Assembly (NCBI GenBank): GCA_013377115.1
Contig: JACAAW010000002.1
Coordinates: 2,200 to 66,199, forward strand
Source of the DNA: Bacteroidota bacterium
Lineage (GTDB): Bacteria; Bacteroidota; Bacteroidia; Bacteroidales; CG2-30-32-10
Length of the DNA: 64,000 nt
Direction of reading: 5' to 3'
Shown: piece by piece, positions 11,639 through 21,862 of the stretch
Numbering within the stretch: the first letter of the stretch is position 1
Layout of the letters: the number at the start of each line of letters is the position of its first letter
Notes under the pieces: generated by a model
What the model was told of the DNA's origin: nothing
Database searches by the model: none
What the model saw: only the letters and a program-made list of their open reading frames with translations
Position numbers and translations under genes: made by a program

Positions 11639-12961
11639 CTATTTGAATAGTTTTATGATATCATTACCATTTGCAAAAATCAATAAAGCAAACAGTAGAA
11701 TCATTCCGCCAATTTGAGCATACTCTAAAAATTTGTCACTTGGTTTTCTACGAGTAATTATTTCGTAAAGTAAAAATAAAACATGACCACCATCTAAAGC
11801 TGGAATTGGAAGTACATTCATAATGGCCAAAATAATGGATAAAAATGCTGTTAAACTCCAAAAAGATTGCCAATCCCATTCAGAAGGAAAAATATTACCA
11901 ATAGCAATAAATCCACCCAAAGATTCATATGCTTTTGTTTCAGGTGAAAAAATAAGTTTTAACTGCTTAATATAACTCCCAAAACCATTAAAAGCTTTTA
12001 TTGTTCCTGCTGGTATTGCTTGTAAAAAGGTATACTCCTTTTTATTGAAGGTAAAATAGTTTTTTAAATCTTTTCTACTTGCTCCAATCATTGCATCTTC
12101 TCCAAGCTTTACTTTTGTTTTTAAAGTATCTTTTCCTCTTAGAGAAACAATGGTAACTTCTTTGTTTTTATTTTTTAAAATTTCATTTTTAAAATCATTG
12201 AAATATGGGGTTTGAACATTATTAATTCCAATCATTTTGTCATTAATTTTCGTTCCTGCTTTTTCTGCAATGGAATTCTTTGTAAAACCACCTATTTCGA
12301 ATGGAAAGCGAATTCCAATAAAATCTGGTGATTTATGCTTGATAATTTTATTTGTAAAGCCTGCTGGTATCTTTATTTCTTTTGCTGTATCATTTCTAAT
12401 AATTTGAATTGTTTTGGTTCCTTCAAGAATTATTTCGGATGGAATTTTACTAAAATCTTCTACTTTTTTATTATCAAGAGTAACTATTTTATCACCGTTT
12501 CTTAACCCCATTTCTAATGCCAAAGAATCACAAGAAATACCATATTTTACATTTGCAGTTGGCAAATACTCTTCTCCCCAAACTGTAAGCATCATAATAT
12601 AAAGAAAAACTGCAAAAATTGCATTTACCAAAACACCACCAAGCATGATAATCAAGCGTTGCCATGTTGGTTTAGAACGGAATTCCCAAGGTTGCGGTGG
12701 TTGCTTCATCAATTCTTTATCCATTGATTCGTCAATCATACCAGCTATTTTGCAATAGCCGCCCAATGGCAACCAACCAATTCCATATTCTGTATCTTTT
12801 CGTTTAAATTTAAAAAGTGAAAACCAAGGATCGAAGAAAATATAAAATTTATCAACTCTTGTTTTAAATAGTTTTGCTGGTATAAAATGTCCCAATTCAT
12901 GAACAAAAACCAATATTGATAAGCTAAGTATTAACTGTAGTGCTTTTATTAAAATTTCCAT
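11639..12961 (-). CDS. rseP: RIP metalloprotease RseP (site-2 protease)
   Basis: HELGHF zinc motif in TM1, a central PDZ-like region, and the C-terminal NVLPIPALDGGH motif. Confidence 0.9.
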   Translation of the reverse strand: MEILIKALQLILSLSILVFVHELGHFIPAKLFKTRVDKFYIFFDPWFSLFKFKRKDTEYGIGWLPLGGYCKIAGMIDESMDKELMKQPPQPWEFRSKPTWQRLIIMLGGVLVNAIFAVFLYIMMLTVWGEEYLPTANVKYGISCDSLALEMGLRNGDKIVTLDNKKVEDFSKIPSEIILEGTKTIQIIRNDTAKEIKIPAGFTNKIIKHKSPDFIGIRFPFEIGGFTKNSIAEKAGTKINDKMIGINNVQTPYFNDFKNEILKNKNKEVTIVSLRGKDTLKTKVKLGEDAMIGASRKDLKNYFTFNKKEYTFLQAIPAGTIKAFNGFGSYIKQLKLIFSPETKAYESLGGFIAIGNIFPSEWDWQSFWSLTAFLSIILAIMNVLPIPALDGGHVLFLLYEIITRRKPSDKFLEYAQIGGMILLFALLIFANGNDIIKLFK

Positions 12962-12963
12962 TA

Positions 12964-14124
12964 TTAATTTCTATTGTTAATTAATTTTTCTGCTATTTGT
13001 CTTATTTCTTTGTCCGAACTCAAATAATCTTCAAGGCTTGGTGTTTTAATAAAACTACCTAAATTCATGCATTTTTCTATAATTTCAGGCATTTGCAAAA
13101 AACCAATTTGATCCATTAAAAAATATTTAACGACTACTTCGTTGGCAGCATTTAAAATACAAGGCATATTTCCACCTAATTTTAATGCTTCAAATGCAAG
13201 TGCAAGATTACGAAAATTTTCAATATCAGGATCTTCAAATGTAAGTTGAGGATAATCTAAAAAACTAAACCTTTTTGTTTCTGATATTAATCTATTTGGA
13301 TAACTTAGAGCATATTGAATAGGCAATTTCATATCTGGCAATCCCATTTGTGCTTTCATGGAACCATCAGCAAATTGCACAATTGAATGAATTATTGATT
13401 GTGGATGAACAATTACATCAATCTGTTCTGATTTCAGGCCAAATAACCATTTTGCCTCAATCACTTCTAAGCCTTTGTTCATTAATGAAGCAGAGTCAAT
13501 GGTAATTTTATTTCCCATAACCCAATTTGGATGATTTAATGCTTGTTCCTTTTTAACATTTGCTAAAAATGCTTTATCTTTTCCTCGAAATGGACCACCC
13601 GAAGCTGTGAGATATATCTTTTCTATTGGATTGTGGAATTCGCCAGCTAAACATTGAAAAATTGCTGAATGCTCCGAATCAACAGGATAAATATTAACGC
13701 CTTTTTCCTTTGCTAAATTTGTTACCATTTCGCCAGCAACAACGAGAGTTTCTTTATTGGCCAAAGCAATATTTTTTCCATAATTAATTGCTTCTATTGT
13801 TGGTTTTAAGCCAGCGAAACCAACCATAGCCGTCAAAACGATATCAATGGTTTCCATTTGCACAATTTGGCAAAGCGATTCCTCACCAGCAAAAACCTTA
13901 ATTCCTTTGTCGAGCAAAACGTCCGCAACTTTTCTGTATTGGTTTTCGTCAGAAATTACAACTGCGTTTGGAGAAAACTTTATTGCTTGCTCAATCAACA
14001 AATCTGAATTTTGATGAGCCGTTAACACCTCCACTTCAAAATCATCAGGATGGGTTTCAATAACCTCCAATGCTTGGGTGCCAATTGAGCCCGTTGATCC
14101 TAAAATTGCTATTCTCTTTTTCAA
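12964..14124 (-). CDS. dxr: 1-deoxy-D-xylulose 5-phosphate reductoisomerase
   Basis: ILGSTGSIGTQAL, NKETLV, DSEHSAIFQC and NHPNWVMGNKITIDSA are all present. Confidence 0.95.
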   Translation of the reverse strand: MKKRIAILGSTGSIGTQALEVIETHPDDFEVEVLTAHQNSDLLIEQAIKFSPNAVVISDENQYRKVADVLLDKGIKVFAGEESLCQIVQMETIDIVLTAMVGFAGLKPTIEAINYGKNIALANKETLVVAGEMVTNLAKEKGVNIYPVDSEHSAIFQCLAGEFHNPIEKIYLTASGGPFRGKDKAFLANVKKEQALNHPNWVMGNKITIDSASLMNKGLEVIEAKWLFGLKSEQIDVIVHPQSIIHSIVQFADGSMKAQMGLPDMKLPIQYALSYPNRLISETKRFSFLDYPQLTFEDPDIENFRNLALAFEALKLGGNMPCILNAANEVVVKYFLMDQIGFLQMPEIIEKCMNLGSFIKTPSLEDYLSSDKEIRQIAEKLINNRN

Positions 14125-14130
14125 TTTATT

Positions 14131-14301
14131 TTAATTTTCAAGTGAGTCTGGTTTGATCTTCTTCGCCTTACTGCGTTTGTATTCTTTTTTTTTATCCGGT
14201 ACTACTTTGGTTTTATATCTTCCATCCTTGCCTCCAGCTTCAATGAAATCCTTTCTGACTTCTTTCAACACAGCTTTTTTAACTGGACTTTTCTTTTTCA
14301 T
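14131..14301 (-). CDS. small highly basic protein (56 aa), unannotated in the ORF track
   Basis: Reverse strand reads MKKKSPVKKAVLKEVRKDFIEAGGKDGRYKTKVVPDKKKEYKRSKAKKIKPDSLEN. Its ATG overlaps the stop of the M23 peptidase gene (TAATG), and it ends 6 nt before dxr, so it fits the operon spacing exactly. Confidence 0.4.
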   Translation of the reverse strand: MKKKSPVKKAVLKEVRKDFIEAGGKDGRYKTKVVPDKKKEYKRSKAKKIKPDSLEN

Positions 14302-15179
14302 TAAAATGCAATATAGTCTTTTGGATTCACAGCTCTGCCATTATACCAAAGTTCGAAATGTAAATGCGGACCAGTAGATTGTTCGCCTGAACTTCCGATA
14401 ATCGCAATGGCTTCACCCGATTTCACATAGCTTCCTTGTGTCTTTAGTAAACCCGAATTATGTTTATAAATTGAAATTAAATCGGAATTATGTTGAATTG
14501 CAATAACATAACCCATTTCTAAAGTCCAGGAAGTGAAAATCACAGTACCGTCTAAAGTTGCTTTAATGGCTTCATCTTTTGCTGCAACAATATCGATTCC
14601 ATAGTGCTTTTCTGAAGGATTAAAACCTCCAGTTACAATTCCTTTAATTGGACAAAAAAAGAAAAAACTACTTATTGAATAATTTGCAGGCGAATTTCCT
14701 TCTTCAGAATAAGATAAATTATATTGATTTTGCGATTCAATTTCTTGTCTTAAAGCCGCATCTTCCTTAGATTTTGAGTTTACAATATTTCCATATTTCC
14801 TTGTGCTGTCAGGTTTTTCAGGAAGTTTATCAACAATTTCTTTGCCTTCGATAATGTTTCTAATATTCAAAACGTATAAATCTTTGTCTTTTAATGCTTT
14901 CTCCATTGAATCTGCCCTGATTGTCAATTCGTCGAGTTGCCGTTTGGTTTTAAAATCACCATAACCAGGAATATACTCTCGTAACGGAGTAAAAGCTATT
15001 ATCAAGGTGGTAATAAAGATTAAAATAATTATTATCGTACCAACAACAACAAACACATTTAGTCTAGATAATCTAAATGAAATTTTTTCCTCAAAAGTAC
15101 TGTCGTTAAGAATTACAAGTCGAAATTTGTTTTTCAATCGACTTATAAAACCACTAAACCATTTTGCCTTTTTTACCAT
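14301..15179 (-). CDS. M23 family metallopeptidase
   Basis: N-terminal TM anchor and a coiled region. The C-terminal part carries HYGIDI ... GSSGEQSTGPHLHFELW (LytM/M23 motifs). Confidence 0.85.
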   Translation of the reverse strand: MVKKAKWFSGFISRLKNKFRLVILNDSTFEEKISFRLSRLNVFVVVGTIIIILIFITTLIIAFTPLREYIPGYGDFKTKRQLDELTIRADSMEKALKDKDLYVLNIRNIIEGKEIVDKLPEKPDSTRKYGNIVNSKSKEDAALRQEIESQNQYNLSYSEEGNSPANYSISSFFFFCPIKGIVTGGFNPSEKHYGIDIVAAKDEAIKATLDGTVIFTSWTLEMGYVIAIQHNSDLISIYKHNSGLLKTQGSYVKSGEAIAIIGSSGEQSTGPHLHFELWYNGRAVNPKDYIAF

Positions 15180-15302
15180 TGATAATCGATACTATTTTTT
15201 CGAATTGCAAATATCGCAAATTCTCGCCTAATTTCTAAATAAATATTAATGGTATAAACGATGTTTTTTTATTAAATTTACATTTATTTGAAAAAAATAA
15301 AA

Positions 15303-15310
15303 TATTTTTG
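15303..15310 (+). promoter_or_regulatory. candidate Bacteroidota sigma-A -7 box (TAnnTTTG)
   Basis: TATTTTTG lies 33 nt upstream of the TTG start at 15343. Confidence 0.3.
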
Positions 15311-15342
15311 TAAAATTGAAGTTATATAGCAAAATTTAAAAT

Positions 15343-18021
15343 TTGAAAAACACTATTTTTAATAAAACAATTTTTCTAAAAATTATCTTTTTTGTATTGA
15401 TAATTAGTTTTGTTGGTTGTTCAACCAAGAAAAACACATTTACACGCAGAACTTACCATAATTTAACGGCCCATTATAATGCTTTTTTCAATGGAAATGA
15501 AAGTTTAAAAGAAGGCGTTGTTGATCTTGAAAAAGCTCATGTGGATAATTATAATAAGGTCTTGCCTGTTTATAAATATGGTACTGCCCAAAATGCTCAA
15601 TCCGTTTTTCCTGCAATGGACAAAGCAATTACCAAAGCTTCGAAGGTAATATCAAAGCATTCAATCTTTATTAAAGGTAAAGAAAACGTAAAATGGATTG
15701 ACGACGCTTACTTGCTTTTAGGCAAGGCAAACTTCTATAAACAAGAGTACAAACTGGCATCCGAAACGTTTGATTTTGTTGTTAAACGTTATAAAGACGA
15801 TCCAATAAAATATGATGCAATGCTCTGGCTTTGCAAAACTTATACCCAAACCAAAAAATTTGGAAGTTCTGAATCCTTATTAGATATGATTCAGAGTAAA
15901 ATGGAAAAAGGTGATTTTAACAAAATCACGAAAAAAGAATTCCCTTTGGTTTATGCGGATTTTTATATTCAACAAGGAAATTACGCCCCAGCAATTGAAT
16001 ACTTGCTAAGCGGAATTGATTTAAACAAAAAAAAACAAGTTAAAATTCGTCTTACTTTTATTTTAGCTCAGATTTATCAACGTTCTGGAAATCTTGATAA
16101 AGCAACTCAGTATTTTAAAAAAGTCATCAGCATGAATCCACCTTACGAAATGGCTTTTTCTTCAAAAATAAATATTGCAAAATGTTATGATGCCAATGCG
16201 GGTGACAGCAAAGAAATAAAAAAGCAATTAAACAAAATGATAAAAGATATTAAGAACAAAGAATATCTTGATCAAATTTATTTTGCTTTAGCTGAGATTT
16301 ACTTAAAGGAAACAGATACTATTACTGGAATAAAACTTTTAAAACTATCCGCTAGTAATAGCATTGCCAATCCTGAACAAAAAGCAATGTCATACTTAAA
16401 ATTAGCTGATATTCATTTCATTCAGGTAGATTATGAGCCATCAGAAATGTATTACGATAGCACAGTTGCTTTTTTACCAAAAGATTATCCCACTTACGAC
16501 GAAATTGTAGCCAAAAAAACCATTTTAAATAACCTGGTAAAAAACCTTAAAATAGTTTCTCTTGAAGACAGTTTGCAAACTTTAGCAAAAATGTCCGAAA
16601 GAGAAAGAAATTCAGTTATTGATAAAGTTATAGAAAGAATTCTCGAAGAAGAACGAAAAAAACAACAAGAAGAAATTGACAGGCAGCAAAGTTTGGCCTT
16701 CCTGCAACAAAATAATCAAACCAACACAAACGCTAATAACTCTGGAGGACAATGGTACTTTTATAATACTTCAGCGGTAAGTTTTGGTTTCACTGAATTC
16801 GTAAAAAAGTGGGGAAATAGAAAATTAGAGGATAATTGGAGGCTCCTCAACAAGCAAGTTTCTATGGATTTTTCAGATGAGAATTCAACAGAGGGAGATA
16901 GTCTTGCTTCAGATAGCATAAAGAAGAATCCAAAACCGAATCTAAAAGACAGGGCTTATTATTTAAAAAATGTTCCATTAACTGCCGAAGCTGTTGACAA
17001 ATCAAATGCAAGAATTTCAGAAGCTTTATACAATATTGGATTTATTTATAGAGAAGATTTAAGGAACAATCCAAAATCCATTTTAACTTTTGAAAACCAT
17101 TTAACACGTTTTCCTGAAAACAAGTTAGATTTGAGTATTTATTATCAGCTTTATAGAATCTACCAGGAAGAAGAAAACAAACCAAAAGAGGATTATTATA
17201 AAGGATTAATTTTAAGCAAATTTCCTGATAGTGAATATGCCAAAATAATTTTGGATCCAAATTATAATAAACAAGTGGCATCCAAATCTAATGAAGTGGC
17301 ATCGCTGTATAACGAAACTTATATTGCTTATCAAAATAGGCAATATGATGTTGTAATCGCAAATTCAGACAAAGCTATTAGCACATATAAAGACAAAAAG
17401 CTCAATCCAAAATTTGATTTTTTAAAGGCACTGGCTATTGGCAAATCAACAAAAGACACCGTTTCTTTGGTGACAGCACTCAAACTTGTTATTGCAAAAT
17501 ATCCAAATAGCGATGTTAAAGAACCTGCACAAGATATTTTGGATGCCTTAAGCAATAAAAACTCAACAACAAAAACCAACGTCAATAATAATTTAAATCC
17601 TGAAAAGAAAGATTCTTTAAATAATAATAATAAAAAAATAATTCCAGTAGCCGAATATGCTTATAATCCAGATGCTTTTCATTTTTATGTTTTAATTGTT
17701 GATGTCAAAACCAGCAATATCAATGATTTAAAAATTAAATTTTCAAATTATAATACAAAATTTTATAGCTTGGACAAACTAAGCACATCAAACGTTTTTT
17801 TAGATGACAAACGTCAAATCTTTACTGTTTCGAAATTTGAAAATCAACAAAAAGGAACGATTTATTATAACGCATTAAAAAACAATAAGGACATATTCTC
17901 GGGTTTAAGTCCTGGAACCTTTCAATACCTATTAATTTCAGCAGAAAATTATCCTATTTTTTACAAAAGCAAAGACATAAGCAAATACCTTAGCTTTTAC
18001 AGTAAAAATTATAAAAATTAA
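15343..18021 (+). CDS. TPR-repeat lipoprotein, SprE/PorW-like (type IX secretion/gliding associated)
   Basis: TTG start and a lipoprotein signal (...SFVGCSTKKN). YHNLTAHYNAFFNG is followed by many TPR-like repeats, for 892 aa in total. The family call is from memory of SprE/PorW architecture. Confidence 0.5.
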   Translation: MKNTIFNKTIFLKIIFFVLIISFVGCSTKKNTFTRRTYHNLTAHYNAFFNGNESLKEGVVDLEKAHVDNYNKVLPVYKYGTAQNAQSVFPAMDKAITKASKVISKHSIFIKGKENVKWIDDAYLLLGKANFYKQEYKLASETFDFVVKRYKDDPIKYDAMLWLCKTYTQTKKFGSSESLLDMIQSKMEKGDFNKITKKEFPLVYADFYIQQGNYAPAIEYLLSGIDLNKKKQVKIRLTFILAQIYQRSGNLDKATQYFKKVISMNPPYEMAFSSKINIAKCYDANAGDSKEIKKQLNKMIKDIKNKEYLDQIYFALAEIYLKETDTITGIKLLKLSASNSIANPEQKAMSYLKLADIHFIQVDYEPSEMYYDSTVAFLPKDYPTYDEIVAKKTILNNLVKNLKIVSLEDSLQTLAKMSERERNSVIDKVIERILEEERKKQQEEIDRQQSLAFLQQNNQTNTNANNSGGQWYFYNTSAVSFGFTEFVKKWGNRKLEDNWRLLNKQVSMDFSDENSTEGDSLASDSIKKNPKPNLKDRAYYLKNVPLTAEAVDKSNARISEALYNIGFIYREDLRNNPKSILTFENHLTRFPENKLDLSIYYQLYRIYQEEENKPKEDYYKGLILSKFPDSEYAKIILDPNYNKQVASKSNEVASLYNETYIAYQNRQYDVVIANSDKAISTYKDKKLNPKFDFLKALAIGKSTKDTVSLVTALKLVIAKYPNSDVKEPAQDILDALSNKNSTTKTNVNNNLNPEKKDSLNNNNKKIIPVAEYAYNPDAFHFYVLIVDVKTSNINDLKIKFSNYNTKFYSLDKLSTSNVFLDDKRQIFTVSKFENQQKGTIYYNALKNNKDIFSGLSPGTFQYLLISAENYPIFYKSKDISKYLSFYSKNYKN

Positions 18022-18092
18022 TCCAACCTATTTGTAAGATTTTTTTCTAAATTTGTTTTTTAGAATCATGTTGAATTTATAAATTTATTACA

Positions 18093-18497
18093 ATGGCAAA
18101 AAATAACGAAGTTGAAAGCCCATCCATTAATTTAATCGGACCAGGAACAATCATAAACGGTGACATTAACTGTAATGGTGATATTAGAATAGATGGTTCG
18201 TTAATTGGTTCAATAAACTCTAAGGGAAAAATTGTTGTTGGAACAACTGGGCTAATTGAAGGAGAAATTATTTGTCAGAATGCTGATTTTTCTGGAGTAA
18301 TTAATGCAAATGTAATGGTTGGTGAATTGATTTCCTTAAAAGCGACAGCAAAATTAACTGGAGATTTAGTTACCAATAAACTAGCAATAGAGCCAGGTGC
18401 GAAATACACTGGAAAATGCAATATGTCCAGTAATCCTATTAAGGAAAATAAATTTTCGGAAATTAATGAAAAACCAAAATCCCAAGAACTCTCTTAA
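18093..18497 (+). CDS. bactofilin (polymer-forming cytoskeletal protein)
   Basis: Repetitive beta-helix pattern INGDINCNGDIRIDGSLIGSINSKGKIVVGTTGLIEGEIIC... Confidence 0.85.
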   Translation: MAKNNEVESPSINLIGPGTIINGDINCNGDIRIDGSLIGSINSKGKIVVGTTGLIEGEIICQNADFSGVINANVMVGELISLKATAKLTGDLVTNKLAIEPGAKYTGKCNMSSNPIKENKFSEINEKPKSQELS

Positions 18498-18696
18498 TTT
18501 CTATGCAAAATATTCCAGTATTGCATTCCAAATGATTGCAATAATTTTAATTGGGGTATTTGGCGGACTAAAACTTGATCAATTAATAAAACTTCCATTC
18601 CCCTTATTTACTGTTGTCCTTTCATTATTATCAGTTATTTTAGCGATGTATTATGTAGTGAAAGATTTGTTAAAAACAAATAAGCCAAAAAAATAA
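18466..18696 (+). CDS. AtpZ/AtpI family protein
   Basis: Internal Met of track ORF 18397..18696 gives MKNQNPKNSLNFYAKYSSIAFQMIAIILIGVFGGLKLDQ. There are two TM helices, and the gene sits at the head of the atp operon. Confidence 0.6.
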   Translation: MKNQNPKNSLNFYAKYSSIAFQMIAIILIGVFGGLKLDQLIKLPFPLFTVVLSLLSVILAMYYVVKDLLKTNKPKK

Positions 18697-18700
18697 TTCA

Positions 18701-19099
18701 ATGAAAAAAGTGTTTAATAAATTCTTGATAAATTTGTCTGTATTTTCAGTTGCCTTTGCCATTATTATTGCAGCAATGAATTTCATTTTGCCAGAGAAAT
18801 ATTATACTCAAACTCTTCCATATCAGTTGGTGTTCTTTTTTGCTTCAACACTTTTGGTACATAAGGTTTTATTAAATGCCTCAGAAAAAAGATTTACAAA
18901 ATTTGTCACTTATTTTATGGCCTCTACTTTTTTTAAATTAGTGTTATACATTGTTGTGATGGTAGTTTATGTTTTTGTTAATAAGCCAGATGCAATTCCA
19001 TTTATTATTAGTTTTTTCATCCTGTATTTATCCTTTACTATTTTTGAAGTGATGGCGATTCTTTCTTATAAAAAACCTGAAGATTTAATCGAAAAATAA
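18701..19099 (+). CDS. small polytopic membrane protein of the atp operon leader (function unknown)
   Basis: 132 aa with about four hydrophobic helices. It is tightly packed between atpZ and atpB. Confidence 0.5.
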   Translation: MKKVFNKFLINLSVFSVAFAIIIAAMNFILPEKYYTQTLPYQLVFFFASTLLVHKVLLNASEKRFTKFVTYFMASTFFKLVLYIVVMVVYVFVNKPDAIPFIISFFILYLSFTIFEVMAILSYKKPEDLIEK

Positions 19100-19190
19100 A
19101 CTTTAAAAAAAAAATTAAACTTTTCTAAAAAAATTCTTTTTTTATTTCTAAATTGCGATCAATTATTTTTAGATTAAAGACTGCATAGAA

Positions 19191-20366
19191 ATGAACCTAA
19201 CCTTCTGTAAAAAAGCAAATTATATCAAAACACTTTTTTTTCTTTTGTTAATTTTTGTTTACCCTTTTCAAAAAATTAGCGCTTCTGACGAAATTTCTGA
19301 AAAAAAAGAAACAAAAACTGAAGCAAAACATGAGGGAGCTTCTTCAGAAAAAGAAAAATTTAATGCAGGTAAAGTAATTATCGAACACGTTGTTGATAAT
19401 CACGAATGGCATATTGCAAAATTTGGAGAAACTCATGTTACAATTCCATTGCCTGTTATCCTTATTGACAATGGAAAATTAATTACTTTTTGCTCAAGTA
19501 ATTTTCATCATGCTACACAATCTTATAACGGATACATTATTGCAGAAGAAGGAAAACACAAAGGTAAGATTGTAAAAGTTCTTGAAGATGGCATTACTAT
19601 TGACGAATCAGCTGCGGTTCCTGTTGACTTATCCATCACAAAAAACGTAATGTCCTTATTTATTGGATTATTTGTGCTTTGCGCTATTTTCTTGAGCGTT
19701 GCCAGAAAATACAAAAAGAATAATCTTCGTGCTCCAAAAGGATTACAATCAATGGTGGAACCATTAATTATTTTTGTTAGAGACGATATTGCAAAACCAT
19801 CCATTGGCGAAAAAAGATATGGCAAATTTATGCCTTTCTTATTGACCATATTTTTCTTTATTTTTATCAATAACCTTTTGGGATTGATCCCTTTTTTCCC
19901 AGGTGGAGCCAATTTAACTGGAAACATTGCAATTACAATGGTTTTGGCGGTTTTCACTTTTTTAATTACAACTTTCAGCACTAACAAAGCTTATTGGACA
20001 CATATTATCAATACTCCTGGCGTTCCTTGGTGGTTAAAATTTCCAATTCCATTGATGCCAATCGTTGAAATTTTAGGTGTTTTTACAAAACCATTCGTAT
20101 TAATGGTGCGACTTTTTGCCAACATTACTGCTGGCCATATCATTATTCTTAGTTTTACTTCTTTGATTTTTATTTTTGCCAATATCAACATTGGAGTTGG
20201 TTATGGCGTTTCTATTATTTCAATTATTTTCAATGTGTTTATGGGACTACTAGAATTGCTAGTTGCATTTCTTCAAGCATATGTTTTCACATTATTATCA
20301 GCAATTTATTTCGGAATGGCTCAAGTGGAACATCATCACGAAGAGGCACACGATCATTCAGCTTAA
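19191..20366 (+). CDS. atpB: F0F1 ATP synthase subunit a
   Basis: Conserved C-terminal helices LMVRLFANITAGHII and LQAYVFTLLSAIYF. The long N-terminal extension is usual in this phylum. Confidence 0.9.
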   Translation: MNLTFCKKANYIKTLFFLLLIFVYPFQKISASDEISEKKETKTEAKHEGASSEKEKFNAGKVIIEHVVDNHEWHIAKFGETHVTIPLPVILIDNGKLITFCSSNFHHATQSYNGYIIAEEGKHKGKIVKVLEDGITIDESAAVPVDLSITKNVMSLFIGLFVLCAIFLSVARKYKKNNLRAPKGLQSMVEPLIIFVRDDIAKPSIGEKRYGKFMPFLLTIFFFIFINNLLGLIPFFPGGANLTGNIAITMVLAVFTFLITTFSTNKAYWTHIINTPGVPWWLKFPIPLMPIVEILGVFTKPFVLMVRLFANITAGHIIILSFTSLIFIFANINIGVGYGVSIISIIFNVFMGLLELLVAFLQAYVFTLLSAIYFGMAQVEHHHEEAHDHSA

Positions 20367-20400
20367 ATTAAACATAATTATTAACCAAATAAATCTTTAA

Positions 20401-20664
<264 letters not shown>

Positions 20665-20677
20665 GAAAAGGTATTTT

Positions 20678-20717
20678 CATTACACCTCAACGGTTGGTTG
20701 AGGTGTAATGATTTTTT
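20678..20717 (+). terminator. strong intra-operon hairpin plus T-run between atpE and atpF
   Basis: cattacacctcaa (20678..20690) pairs with ttgaggtgtaatg (20698..20710), giving a 13-bp perfect stem and a 7-nt loop. It is followed by attttttaa. Confidence 0.6.
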
Positions 20718-20750
20718 AACTGAATTAAAAATTATTATAATAAAATACAT

Positions 20751-21245
20751 ATGGAATTAGTAACTCCCGGTATAGGATTAATTTTTTGGATGACATTGTC
20801 GTTTGCTATTGTTTTATTCATTTTAGCAAAATACGCATGGAAACCAATTATGAATATGTTGCACGAAAGAGAACAATTTATTGAAAATGCTCTTTCTTCA
20901 GCCGACAAAGCAAAACAAGAAATGGCAAATCTTCAGTCTAATAACGAACAATTACTTAAAGAGGCTAAAGAAGAAAGAGACGCTTTACTTAGAGATGCTC
21001 GTAAAGTTAGAGAAAATCTAATTGAAGAAGCAAAAGGAAAAGCGCAATTGGAAGCAAATAAAATTGTTGAGCAAGCTAAAGAAAATATTCAATTCGAAAA
21101 AATGAATGCCATTACTGATTTAAAAAATCAATTGGCTTCGCTTTCGGTTGATATTGCTGAACGTATTTTAAGAGACGAATTATCTAATGTTGAAAAACAA
21201 AAAGAAGTCATTAATAATTTGCTAAAAGACATTAAATTCAATTAA
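20751..21245 (+). CDS. atpF: F0F1 ATP synthase subunit b
   Basis: N-terminal TM helix followed by a long charged coiled coil, in the expected operon position. Confidence 0.9.
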   Translation: MELVTPGIGLIFWMTLSFAIVLFILAKYAWKPIMNMLHEREQFIENALSSADKAKQEMANLQSNNEQLLKEAKEERDALLRDARKVRENLIEEAKGKAQLEANKIVEQAKENIQFEKMNAITDLKNQLASLSVDIAERILRDELSNVEKQKEVINNLLKDIKFN

Positions 21246-21283
21246 ATCTAGAAATTGCTGATAATAGGCGTTAATTTTCAATA

Positions 21284-21841
21284 ATGAGAGAAACCAGAAT
21301 AACCGCTAGATACGCAAAAGCTTTATTTGAATTGGCTTTGGAGCAGAATGTAAATGAATCTGTTTACGAAGACATGAAGCTTATTGCTGATGTTTGCAAA
21401 AGCAATAGAGATTTTAGATTGATGCTGAATAGTCCAATTATTAAAACAGACAAAAAGCAAAAAATTCTTACTGAAATCTTTGCAGCAAAAATCAATAAAC
21501 TTTCCCTCGCTTTTTTAATGATTATTATTACAAAACGCAGAGAAGTTTTTATTGAAGGCATCGCTTTACAATTCGTTGAATTATTCAAAATTCAAAAAGG
21601 AATTAAAACAGCAACCATTCAAACTGCAATTGCTGCAGATGCTGCAACTAAAGCAAAAGTTATTGAATTGCTCAAAACTTATACCACTGACCAAATTGAA
21701 TTGGTTGAAGAAACCAAAGCAGATATCATTGGAGGTTTTGTTTTAAAAGTAGACAACAAACAATTCGACAGCAGTATTTTGAATAAGATTCAGAAACTGA
21801 AAAAAGAATTCAATATTAATACTTACGATAAAAAATACTAA
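21284..21841 (+). CDS. atpH: F0F1 ATP synthase subunit delta
   Basis: ARYAKALFELA start typical of OSCP/delta, in the expected operon position. Confidence 0.85.
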   Translation: MRETRITARYAKALFELALEQNVNESVYEDMKLIADVCKSNRDFRLMLNSPIIKTDKKQKILTEIFAAKINKLSLAFLMIIITKRREVFIEGIALQFVELFKIQKGIKTATIQTAIAADAATKAKVIELLKTYTTDQIELVEETKADIIGGFVLKVDNKQFDSSILNKIQKLKKEFNINTYDKKY

Positions 21842-21862
21842 AAACTAAATAATTTAAATAAA

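Noticed and set aside
635-12602. Short embedded or antisense ORFs in the first 13 kb (635..829, 2200..2406, 2978..3346, 4649..4906, 5280..5474, 7422..7712, 8248..8454, 9868..10092, 10163..10354, 11099..11296, 11327..11557, 12414..12602)
   Set aside because: Each lies inside, in another frame of, or opposite a gene with clear family motifs. These are typical shadow ORFs of AT-rich DNA.
14153-14377. 74-aa plus-strand ORF between dxr and the M23 peptidase gene
   Set aside because: It is antisense to the M23 3' end and to the 56-codon basic ORF that fits the operon spacing. It is Leu/Phe/Ser-rich.
19523-20191. Minus-strand ORFs 19523..19987 and 19991..20191
   Set aside because: They are antisense to atpB, whose conserved subunit-a motifs leave no doubt about the coding strand.
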